The notes below the pieces were generated by a model that was not told the DNA's origin, searched no databases, and saw nothing but the letters and a program-made list of their open reading frames with translations. The position numbers were made by a program, and so were the translations under genes. Below, one piece after another: positions 49,042 through 57,127 of a stretch of DNA of 64,000 nt. The DNA comes from an uncultured virus (IMG/VR IMGVR_UViG_3300008255_000131) (Duplodnaviria > Heunggongvirae > Uroviricota > Caudoviricetes): the IMG/VR virus record IMGVR_UViG_3300008255_000131; one strand, written 5' to 3'. Each line of letters begins with the position of its first letter. Within the stretch, counting starts at the first letter, position 1.

Positions 49042-49583
49042 TTTCTAATTCCTTGTCGAAATGTAAGATTTATTCTTTCGCCAACTTTTTTCTTTGTTTT
49101 TGGAACCCAGTGAACATGAGTCTTTTGAACCCCTTCATGCATAATAATCAAATCTCCGTTTCCAAGCAAAAATTCTTGGATTGGCTCCGACTTATCTTTG
49201 ATTTGAATTAAAAATCTTCGAGGTGCTCCAAGTGAAACGCTTGCAACAACTGGACCTATTTCTTTTTCATCATCAGAATGTGGGGAAACTGAATCTTTTC
49301 CGTCTCTATAAAGGTTGGCGAGGCAAGAATTAAATTCATAACCAGAGAATTTTTCTAGTTCTGATTTGATAAATAAAAGTTCTTCTGTCCAAGGTTCTGC
49401 TTTATGAATTTGTCCAGAATAAGAATAACTTTCATTTCCGTGATAACTTATAAGCCTTGGCATAGGAATTTTCTTCCCATACATTTCAATTATATGCTCT
49501 TTGAAATTTAAAGAATTTTTTATTTTTTCAAATAAAACATCGTTGTTTTGAAGCCAATTTTTTTTATGCGTTAGCATGCTCAA
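49038..49583 (-). CDS. alkB: AlkB-family 2OG-Fe(II) dioxygenase
   Basis: FNSCLANLYRDGKDSV..HSDDE, SVSLGA, H.VPK and RINLTFR motifs. Confidence 0.92.
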   Translation of the reverse strand: MSMLTHKKNWLQNNDVLFEKIKNSLNFKEHIIEMYGKKIPMPRLISYHGNESYSYSGQIHKAEPWTEELLFIKSELEKFSGYEFNSCLANLYRDGKDSVSPHSDDEKEIGPVVASVSLGAPRRFLIQIKDKSEPIQEFLLGNGDLIIMHEGVQKTHVHWVPKTKKKVGERINLTFRQGIRK

Positions 49584-50205
49584 GTTCTTCTACTTTTTCA
49601 TTCTCATTTTCTGAAATAAAAGAATATTCAAAATTAAATTGAAAACATTTGCTTGTAACTTCTGACTCTCCTCTCACTCTTGCTTTTCCTTTAACAATGG
49701 AGCTTCCTTTAATTTTGGCTATTTCAAAAACTTCTGCCGATTCACAAACCAAAGTGTTTCCATGAATGCTGGCATGTCCATGAATATAAGAGTTACCAAA
49801 AACAGCCGCTCTCCCGCAAACTAAAGCACAATCACAAATCCTGGCAAATCCGTAGATACGAGCTTCTTCACAAATGTCGGAATGCCCATAAATTTCAGCA
49901 GATTCTTCAACTACTGAATTTCCAGAAACACAAGCATTTCCAAAAACCCTAGCATTTCCAAAAACACTAGCATTTCCAAAAACACTAGCATCTTCAAAAA
50001 CCTTTGCATTTCCAAAAACCTTTGCATCTCCAAAAACCAAAGCATTTCCAAAAATCTTTGCATTTTTTCCAATAAAAGCAGAATTTCTAACAGAAGCACT
50101 ATCTGCAACCCAACCGCCTTCCGATCCATCAGGATTCTTATGCCGATGGGCCGGAACCGGACCTTTTCCATCATTAAAATCAAATACAGTAAATGGTTTT
50201 GTCAT
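49564..50205 (-). CDS. Left-handed beta-helix protein, paralog 6
   Basis: Same caps. Confidence 0.88.
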   Translation of the reverse strand: MTKPFTVFDFNDGKGPVPAHRHKNPDGSEGGWVADSASVRNSAFIGKNAKIFGNALVFGDAKVFGNAKVFEDASVFGNASVFGNARVFGNACVSGNSVVEESAEIYGHSDICEEARIYGFARICDCALVCGRAAVFGNSYIHGHASIHGNTLVCESAEVFEIAKIKGSSIVKGKARVRGESEVTSKCFQFNFEYSFISENENEKVEELEHANA

Positions 50206-50220
50206 TTTAAAATTCCAATT

Positions 50221-50811
50221 CTAGCAAAGAGAACTTATAAGGACTGAGTTAAAAAACTTGATCCATTCTTGATTTACTTCATAATATCTTTTATCAAGAT
50301 TGTCTGCATCAGATATTGTACGTTCCTCAAATGTCGAATCTTCATCGTAAATATAATCTTCGCAATCTTCAGGGTCTTCATAATAAACTCCTGATAGTTG
50401 AAGATCTGAAATAATTTCATAAACAGGAGCGCCCTGTTTTGTTTTATGAAAATCCAAATTTACAAATAAATTTTTCATTTTTTCATGCAAATCAAGAGAC
50501 CAATCGCCGCTAGAATATCCGTTATCATAATATTGAACATGCCCACCATTTTCTACTTGCTGATTGTATTTTCCAATAAGAACAGCAAAAGCGGCAAGTT
50601 TTCCATGTTCAATTTCCATCCATTCAACCATCTTATGATAAGATAATTTTTTGCACTCATCTTCATTCCATTTGTCAAAAAAGATATTCATAATTGACTG
50701 GTGAATATCTTTTTCCTGGTAACTTTTATCGTTTCGCTCTGCAAGAAATTTTGCAAGTTTTTCATTATTTTCGATTTTCATTTGATTGGATTCTTTCTTG
50801 ATATTTTGCAA
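50221..50811 (-). CDS. DMP19/DUF4375-like acidic protein
   Basis: QVENGGHVQYYDNG motif; acidic C-terminus. Confidence 0.55.
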   Translation of the reverse strand: MQNIKKESNQMKIENNEKLAKFLAERNDKSYQEKDIHQSIMNIFFDKWNEDECKKLSYHKMVEWMEIEHGKLAAFAVLIGKYNQQVENGGHVQYYDNGYSSGDWSLDLHEKMKNLFVNLDFHKTKQGAPVYEIISDLQLSGVYYEDPEDCEDYIYDEDSTFEERTISDADNLDKRYYEVNQEWIKFFNSVLISSLC

Positions 50812-50997
50812 ATCTCAATAAATTCGCTTTTTAAAACTGGACGGGATAACGTGATCCGTTTTTGAGGAGAAGATTCTATTCCCCACATGGTTAGACTTCC
50901 AACATAATAAGCTTGGCCTATAGCCCAGCCAGCAAGGCCATCAGCCTTTTGTTCGGAATGGCACCAGCTCCAATGATAGAACAGCTTCTCTGACTTG

Positions 50998-51609
50998 TCA
51001 ATGGCCATAATTAAATCCAAATCTAAACTTGCGTCCTGATTGTTCGTGGGTGAAGACTTCATCATAAGATCCGCAACAACCCAGGTTGAATGTTTCTTGG
51101 TAGTCTTGTTCTCCCTGTTCATCGCCAACCTCACAAACCCTGTAATTATCTGGACAATCATCTCTCATGTTTTTTGTTATCTTTTCAAAGGTTTCCCGAA
51201 TCCATTTTTCAAATGATGATTCTTTTATATTTGAAGTTTCAAGTCCACATTGTTTTGCAAAATCACAAAGGAGATTTCTCCATCTTGTTGGAGAATTGTT
51301 GTCATGAATAAATTGAAGCTCTCCAAGAAAACTAAGATCGCTCTGGTATTTGGGATTTATGCAAGGCCCAAGCTTGTTTGTTCGAAGTTGAATTCCTGAA
51401 AGTTCAAGTGCCTTTTGTACAATTTTATTTGTTATAGCGTTTCCTTCCAAGTTTTTTGAATAAATCTTTTCATCAATCAAACATCCGATGGCACATTTTA
51501 GTCCATCATCTGAAAAATAAACGCAATCAAATTTTTCATTTGACCAACTTTGTAGAAACTGCTCCAATAAATGATTTGCAACTTTATCAAAAACTTTTTG
51601 TCTATTCAT
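50998..51609 (-). CDS. Phage hypothetical two-domain protein
   Basis: C.Y....GLKCAIGCLI...LQFIHD, plus a GCCGSYD..GFNYGH domain. Confidence 0.6.
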   Translation of the reverse strand: MNRQKVFDKVANHLLEQFLQSWSNEKFDCVYFSDDGLKCAIGCLIDEKIYSKNLEGNAITNKIVQKALELSGIQLRTNKLGPCINPKYQSDLSFLGELQFIHDNNSPTRWRNLLCDFAKQCGLETSNIKESSFEKWIRETFEKITKNMRDDCPDNYRVCEVGDEQGEQDYQETFNLGCCGSYDEVFTHEQSGRKFRFGFNYGH

Positions 51610-52318
51610 TTAATTTTCCTTGCTTTTCTTGCGTCGATAGGCTTTTGTGCCTCTGCTCAAGAGAAATTAACAAATCTCCTTGAACATAAGACTTATAATA
51701 GTTAATTGTTTGCCTATATTTTCTTTTATCTTCTTTTGTTATTCTTGTTCCTTTTTTTGGCTTTGTTTTGCACTCTTCTGAATATGGATAAACCAAAACT
51801 ATTTTTCTTTTATTTGGTTTATCTACCAAGTAGCAATCACGTATCTTATAGACAAAACCATCAATCAAGAGGATTTCATTTTTGCGAGACTTTCTGGGAG
51901 CCCATGCCGTCCCGCCATGCACTCTAAAAATATTGTTTTCAGTTTCTTTTATAATCGTTTTGAGGAGCCTATTATGCAAGTCATGGTCTGGGTCACCTCC
52001 AGCCAGCCAAATTTGAAAATATGTAGCTACGGGCAAGCCCAGAGCTTCGCACTCATCAGCGAAAACATGAAGGTAATCCCAAGACTTTTCATCTCGCTTT
52101 CGGCCCCAACGTAAAAGTGCTCGGGATATTTTTGGCATTTTGTTAATAAAACACCAAGTCCAAATTAAAAGAGCTTCGTGATCGTATCCTAAAATTAAGC
52201 GTAAAACTTTATTAAGTTGGATATCTCTGTGATCCCATTCGTATTTAAAATCTTTAATACCGCAATAGGAAGAAACCCATTTTTCTATCTCATCAAAAGT
52301 TGAATGTTCATTAGACAT
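51602..52318 (-). CDS. Hypothetical protein
   Basis: 238-aa ORF containing LHVFADECEALG. Confidence 0.6.
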   Translation of the reverse strand: MSNEHSTFDEIEKWVSSYCGIKDFKYEWDHRDIQLNKVLRLILGYDHEALLIWTWCFINKMPKISRALLRWGRKRDEKSWDYLHVFADECEALGLPVATYFQIWLAGGDPDHDLHNRLLKTIIKETENNIFRVHGGTAWAPRKSRKNEILLIDGFVYKIRDCYLVDKPNKRKIVLVYPYSEECKTKPKKGTRITKEDKRKYRQTINYYKSYVQGDLLISLEQRHKSLSTQEKQGKLNE

Positions 52319-52847
52319 TTTTCATGGATCTGTTTCGCCAGTGAAGAATGCCAACAGTCGACAGAGAGAAAATAGACAAAACAACTAGCGTTGTGAGCAC
52401 CTTCTCTGAAAAGTCATCATTTACAATGATTCCCAAAATATTTCCTATAGAAAATGCTGAAAGAGTAAAAATAATTGAATTTGTAATGTTTTTAATCTTT
52501 TTTTCGACATCTGCTAAAAATATCATATTGTGAATGCTTGTTGATATGGCAAGAATCCAGCAAGATGGCAAAAGCTTTGGGTAATAAATGTCGAACCATA
52601 ACTCCAATGTAGACAGAAAAACTGCCGATACAATTAAGGCCAATGAAGCATTTGGAAGAAATGAATGGAGACTCTTAGTCCGTGCTTTTTGAGAAGAAAT
52701 AGTAAGAATGCTTCCAAAGGCAAAAATGCCAAACACAATTGCAAGCGTCGGATCTGTTGGAATCCATATATTGACAACAAACAAAAATGCAGAGATTACT
52801 AAGAAATATATTGACAATTTGGACCAAGTATTTTTAATGTTTTTCAT
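52311..52847 (-). CDS. Multi-pass membrane protein
   Basis: About six hydrophobic segments. Confidence 0.7.
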   Translation of the reverse strand: MKNIKNTWSKLSIYFLVISAFLFVVNIWIPTDPTLAIVFGIFAFGSILTISSQKARTKSLHSFLPNASLALIVSAVFLSTLELWFDIYYPKLLPSCWILAISTSIHNMIFLADVEKKIKNITNSIIFTLSAFSIGNILGIIVNDDFSEKVLTTLVVLSIFSLSTVGILHWRNRSMKNV

Positions 52848-52862
52848 AAAATTATATCTTTC

Positions 52863-53408
52863 TTAACCTAATGCCATTGAAATTGAATGCAAGGCAATTC
52901 CCGACGCCGTTCCGACATTGATTGATCGAACACTTCCACGTTGTGGAATATGAACAATTTTGTCGCACATGTCAAGGATTTCCGGCAATAGCCCTTGCTG
53001 CTCCTCACCAAAGAAGAGAAGCGTGCCAGGCTGCCAGACATGCTCATGGAGCGGCACGGAGACTCCTGGGATAATGTCCATGGCGACAAAGTGAGGGTAG
53101 CGTTCACGGAGAGCCCAAATTTGATCAAGCGATGAAAGATAGTTTACGTCGGTATAGTGATGACACCCAGTTGTTCCCCTTCGATCATATTTTTTACGTG
53201 GCCCAAAATAAAAAGCTTCTCGCGCTCCAAATGCGTTAGAATTGCGAACAAGTGTGCTAAAATTAAAGTCTCCTTTAATCTGCATCATGATTGGAGCAAA
53301 AGGTAGCGTACGTTCTTGAATTTTGCTTTTGATTTCTTCTACAGGCATTCCTTTGAATTCATCAAGAACATTGCCAAAATTTCCTAAATTTCCTGTATTT
53401 TCGTTCAT
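52863..53408 (-). CDS. SpoU/TrmH-family RNA 2'-O-methyltransferase
   Basis: N..TLVRN..AFG, FGEEQQGL and IPQRGSVRSINV SPOUT motifs. Confidence 0.88.
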   Translation of the reverse strand: MNENTGNLGNFGNVLDEFKGMPVEEIKSKIQERTLPFAPIMMQIKGDFNFSTLVRNSNAFGAREAFYFGPRKKYDRRGTTGCHHYTDVNYLSSLDQIWALRERYPHFVAMDIIPGVSVPLHEHVWQPGTLLFFGEEQQGLLPEILDMCDKIVHIPQRGSVRSINVGTASGIALHSISMALG

Positions 53409-53650
53409 ATTTCTTTCAGATAAATCGATTATTCAAAAACATTGGATCGTCAGAGTTTTTCGTCGATATTTGTTTGAATAGGAAGCTCATGTGCAAATTT
53501 CTTTCCGGCCATAAAAACATCACAGGCTACACCGAAAAACCAGCCGACCACAAAAAGTGGAAGTGCCCAAAGTCGAGAAATGACTCCAATAGCAAGTACT
53601 GCATAGTAAGTGATTACTAACCTTTTGGGAGGAGTTACTTTTTTGTATGG

Positions 53651-53687
53651 CATGTCTTCACTATAAGGCCCAAATTAATGATGTCAA
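53651..53687 (-). promoter_or_regulatory. sigma70 promoter, leaderless (small TM gene 53450-53653)
   Basis: TTGACA-16-TATAGT-6-ATG. Confidence 0.7.
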
Positions 53688-53734
53688 GGCTTGTCGTCGA
53701 TTGAACTCCACATTTTCAAAATGATGATGTGTTT

Positions 53735-54325
53735 TTATTTTCTTAAATTTTTGATCATCTTGTTTATAAGAGATTTTCGAATTGTTTCTTTTTTTGTTAT
53801 AAATTTGTTGTCTGCCGAATAAAGAAGACCAGCCCAGACAGACTCAAATGAATAGTTTTCTTCTTTTATAATTGAATAAATCTCTTCTAAACGAAAGTCT
53901 TTATCAAAGGATAAAGACTGAGAAAAAAAGTCAAACATCTCGTATCGGTCCTTGGCGCTTTTCAGCATTGAATATACATAAACTTCAAATGCCATAAAAA
54001 GCCCTTCGTCTTCAATGATATTGGTAAATGCATGAACTGCTTCATGAACTGCGAAAGGTCCAATTTTTCCATTTTGGCAATAAATTTTTCTGTCCTTAAG
54101 AAGATGGGCAGCGTCTGGGTCAGGTGCGTGACCAACTCTAGTTTTTGGATCCACACGATCTTTGCTCGATTTTGCCACGATCTCACAACCCAGCGCCTTA
54201 ACGAGTTCGGCTTTGCTTTTGAATAATCGAGGACTTTTTTCAAAGAATTTTTCGATTGTTTCTGTGACTTTATTTTTACTTGTTTTTGGCATTACAATGT
54301 CCTCGTTATTGTTGGCTGCTTGCAA
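53735..54325 (-). CDS. Hypothetical HExxH protein
   Basis: AVHEAVHA motif. Confidence 0.5.
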   Translation of the reverse strand: MQAANNNEDIVMPKTSKNKVTETIEKFFEKSPRLFKSKAELVKALGCEIVAKSSKDRVDPKTRVGHAPDPDAAHLLKDRKIYCQNGKIGPFAVHEAVHAFTNIIEDEGLFMAFEVYVYSMLKSAKDRYEMFDFFSQSLSFDKDFRLEEIYSIIKEENYSFESVWAGLLYSADNKFITKKETIRKSLINKMIKNLRK

Positions 54326-54641
54326 GCAGCTTCATAAATGTCTTGATAAACAAAGGCCCATCTATCTCCATGCTTTTCTTCGTAGCCACAAATAGCATGA
54401 GCAAGTTCATGTGCTAAAATGTCTAATGTTCCACTTACTCCTCTTCGTAATGATGAGCTTATTTGGATTTGTGGAATTCCACTTTCTGGAAAGTATGTTT
54501 CGCCTTTCGGCGATCTAAGCTTGAAAATGTCGATTCTGCTTCTCATATCTTTTGGATGTACAAATTTAATTGTGGCACTAACTTTGTACTTTTTGAAACA
54601 AAAGAAAGAATCCTTTCAAAAGGATCTTCAAAAGCAATCAT
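54292..54641 (-). pseudogene. Small HExxH metallopeptidase-like gene with apparent 1-nt deletion
   Basis: MIAFEDPFERILSFVS joins KKYKVSATIK...LAHELAHA if one A is restored in the A5 run (54590-54594). Confidence 0.5.
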
Positions 54642-54801
54642 TGGTTTCCCCCGCTTCAAATGCAGCTTCTAATGCTTCTTTCAAAAGCCATACGGGTTGC
54701 GTGCTAAAATCGAGAGAATCAGAGCTTCTAGTCTCAAGGGTTTTTAATCCCAAAACTTTTTTTGCAATTTTTTCAATTTTTATATCTTTATTGGTTGGCA
54801 T
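54628..54801 (-). CDS. 57-aa protein (LETRSSDSLDF..VW..KEALEAAFEAG; DUF6900-like)
   Basis: Translated by hand; below the ORF-track cutoff. Confidence 0.6.
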   Translation of the reverse strand: MPTNKDIKIEKIAKKVLGLKTLETRSSDSLDFSTQPVWLLKEALEAAFEAGETNDCF

Positions 54802-54970
54802 CTTTTACCTCATAAGAAATAAGAATTTCTCTTTTAAATTTTGCTTGGTTGGCTGCTTCCATCGCCAACTCTTTTGTTTCAAACATCGGAATCCCTGGAG
54901 GGTCTGATTCCGAAACCTCAACAAATTCATAGAAGATATGCCCTTCATGAACGATGGCTGTATATGTGTA

Positions 54971-55007
54971 CATGAGCCTAATATAAATCCGTTAAGTTGT
55001 ATGTCAA
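54971..55007 (-). promoter_or_regulatory. sigma70 promoter, leaderless
   Basis: TTGACA-16-TATATT-6-ATG. Confidence 0.7.
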
Positions 55008-55241
55008 GGCTTATTCTCTGCCCTGAACGAGCTTATATTCAAAAATTGGAGGAAATTCGGAAATAGTAGATGAATCTTCAAAATCTTCAATATCGTATTT
55101 GTTATCGCCAATTATGACATATGTCCTATGTCCATAAAATTCGATGCGCACTCCATTTTTGTGCATGGCATCCATTGCCTTTTCAAATTTCTTTTTGTCA
55201 GGATGATTATCTTTTAGTATTTGTGCCATAAAATCTCTTAG

Positions 55242-55314
55242 TCCGCCCATCCAGATTTGAACTGGTTTTCATGCTTTATAAGAACATTGAGGAAACCGAT
55301 TCCTCCCTGGGCGG
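55242..55314 (-). tRNA. tRNA-Ile(UAU), atypical
   Basis: Acceptor CCGCCCA/TGGGCGG, D stem GAGG/CCTC, anticodon arm ATGTT-CTTATAA-AGCAT, T arm CCAG-TTCAAAT-CTGG, discriminator A. G at position 8, A.A mismatch at the first T-stem pair, no encoded CCA. Confidence 0.75.
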
Positions 55315-55319
55315 TTGAT

Positions 55320-55814
55320 TCAGAATTGGTTTTTTGAAATTCCAAAATCTATAAGCTTGTAGTGTCCTCTTGAATTTTTTCCCCAATGCCTGTTTTCATA
55401 TACATCCCCATATAGATTTAACTTTTTAATTATGGCATTTATTTCTTTATTTAAAGGCATTCCTTTGGTTGGGTGAATATACTCAACTTCAATCCATTTC
55501 GTAAGTCGGTTTTTTGTATCCCAATCATAAATATCGGGCAAAAATTTATGATCATTATTCAGCCAGGTTCTTACTTCTTTTCTATTTTGAGCAATGTAAT
55601 TGTATTTTTCTGGCTGCCATTCAATCTTTAAAACAAAAGGTTCGTAACCTTCAAGGTTTATAAGATAAGCTTTGCGAGTACATCCCCATCCAAGGTATGT
55701 TGCATAATTGTCAAGAAACATTGAAGCATCTTGGCAGTTTCCATTTTCAATAGCCCTTAAAAGCTTTGAATAAGAATTTCTGTTTATTTGCCTTGGATGG
55801 GGATGTGCTTTCAT
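55320..55814 (-). CDS. Minimal protein-kinase-like protein
   Basis: LGWGCTRKAY, VLK, QNRKE, GDVYENRHWG and LIDFG motifs. Confidence 0.6.
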   Translation of the reverse strand: MKAHPHPRQINRNSYSKLLRAIENGNCQDASMFLDNYATYLGWGCTRKAYLINLEGYEPFVLKIEWQPEKYNYIAQNRKEVRTWLNNDHKFLPDIYDWDTKNRLTKWIEVEYIHPTKGMPLNKEINAIIKKLNLYGDVYENRHWGKNSRGHYKLIDFGISKNQF

Positions 55815-56172
55815 ATCCTATTTTCCTTTACTTGTTTTTTTTGGCCATTTCTTTGGCATGGATCTTTTCTAGCCGATCCAAAAAGGTAAATGGGACAGTT
55901 TTCCCAAGGCATAAATCTCCAAGATTGCCATATAAGGTGTTGTATGCCATGCTTGCAAAATACTTGTCCTTCTTTTGCATATAAGAAACAAATCCTGGCC
56001 GCCTTTTTTGACTTTTGTTCTTTTTAGGATTATTCCTTACAAGCGGATCGATTGGAGATAAGTCAAATCCCAAATCTTTGCCCATTTCGAGGATAAGCTT
56101 TTTGTTTTTAGGGGAGCCGGTTCGTGAAAATGATAGGTTATTCATTGTTGTGTTTTCTTTCTTTCTTTTTTT

Positions 56173-56445
56173 TTACCAATGTTTTGGTAAAACTTTTCTT
56201 TTTCCAAAGAATCTTAGAATTTTTGTTAAAAGGCTAATCTCAAAGCGTTTGCAGTTTCCTTCTGGATTTGAGTCTCTGCACGTGCGAAACGATATTGGTC
56301 CGCCCCAAGAATTTGCTCAGAAATTTTCTGGGTGGCTACATCTAAATGCAGCTTGTTGACCCGGATACTCAGCACGAAAAACCTCATGCTTACACCATGG
56401 GCAATACGCATTTATTACATTTAGTGACACTTTGTCATCTGGCAT
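56173..56445 (-). pseudogene. Cys-rich paralog of 41676-42026 with one in-frame TGA (56317-56319)
   Basis: MPDD..CPWCKH..RCSHPENF*ANSWG..TCRDSNPEGNCKRF..LLTKILRFFGKRK. Confidence 0.75.
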
Positions 56446-56451
56446 AATAAA

Positions 56452-56973
56452 CTATTTCTTTACCGTGAATGCCGCAGCTTCTTTGCGGAAGAGTGATGCA
56501 ATTGCAAGATCTCCAATCTCTTCTGCGCTGTCAGCCATTACAAGCATATTATCAATTTCGGACTTTGGCAGCGTCTGAGTCCAATTTGGCAAACGTTGAA
56601 AATCAACATCCTCGCTATAATAACCATTTGACTCACCCAGCCAACGGATTGTTACATAGCCCTTTGCTGTAGCAAATTTGTAAAAAGTCCATGTATATGA
56701 CGAATGTTCTAGTTTGGGACCTTCTGAGTTGCTAATTTCTTCAGCCATCATAAATGGAGAATCTACAAGATCATCAAGGTCACCAATGATTTCTTCAATT
56801 TCGACATTTTCGCAACAATCTTGCCGATGAAAAAACTTATAAGCCGTACCATCCGACAAATGAATTAGTAATTCATCACCATGGTTTTCAATATTGACTG
56901 CCTTTCTTCCAATTAGGATCGAAATATCTGCGTCGTTATAATAATCGTAAGGTTTATGTGGCAAAATATTCAT
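56452..56973 (-). CDS. Conserved phage protein (HRQDCCE..SYTWTFY..RWLGESNGYYSE)
   Basis: Recognisable phage motif set plus a C-terminal helical extension. Confidence 0.75.
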   Translation of the reverse strand: MNILPHKPYDYYNDADISILIGRKAVNIENHGDELLIHLSDGTAYKFFHRQDCCENVEIEEIIGDLDDLVDSPFMMAEEISNSEGPKLEHSSYTWTFYKFATAKGYVTIRWLGESNGYYSEDVDFQRLPNWTQTLPKSEIDNMLVMADSAEEIGDLAIASLFRKEAAAFTVKK

Positions 56974-56981
56974 GGCTATAA

Positions 56982-57053
56982 GAATTGAGTAAGTGCATTA
57001 TGTTGTGTGCAAATTGTCATAGAATTCGACATCACGCACAAGAAACTTTATAG
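56982..57053 (+). pseudogene. C-terminal remnant of an HNH homing endonuclease
   Basis: ELSKCIMLCANCHRIRHHAQETL*, preceded by an in-frame stop; abuts the tRNA 3' end. Confidence 0.6.
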
Positions 57054-57122
57054 GGCCACCAGGATTCGAACCTGGAATATGGGTTTAGAAGACCCGTGTG
57101 ATATCCCTTTCACCATGACCCC
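57051..57122 (-). tRNA. tRNA-Arg(UCU)
   Basis: GGGGTCA/TGGCCCT acceptor, GTGA/TCAC D stem, GGGT-CTTCTAA-ACCC anticodon arm, CCAGG-TTCGAAT-CCTGG T arm. Confidence 0.92.
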
Positions 57123-57127
57123 GTATT

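Noticed and set aside
22040..50205. Diversity-generating retroelement behind the paralog variation
   Set aside because: No reverse transcriptase in the window and no TR/VR pair with adenine-specific differences seen.
44522..56454. TAG stops in frame with the next gene (17237, 44532, 50221, 56452) as readthrough fusions
   Set aside because: A one-in-three chance each, and every downstream gene has its own ATG.
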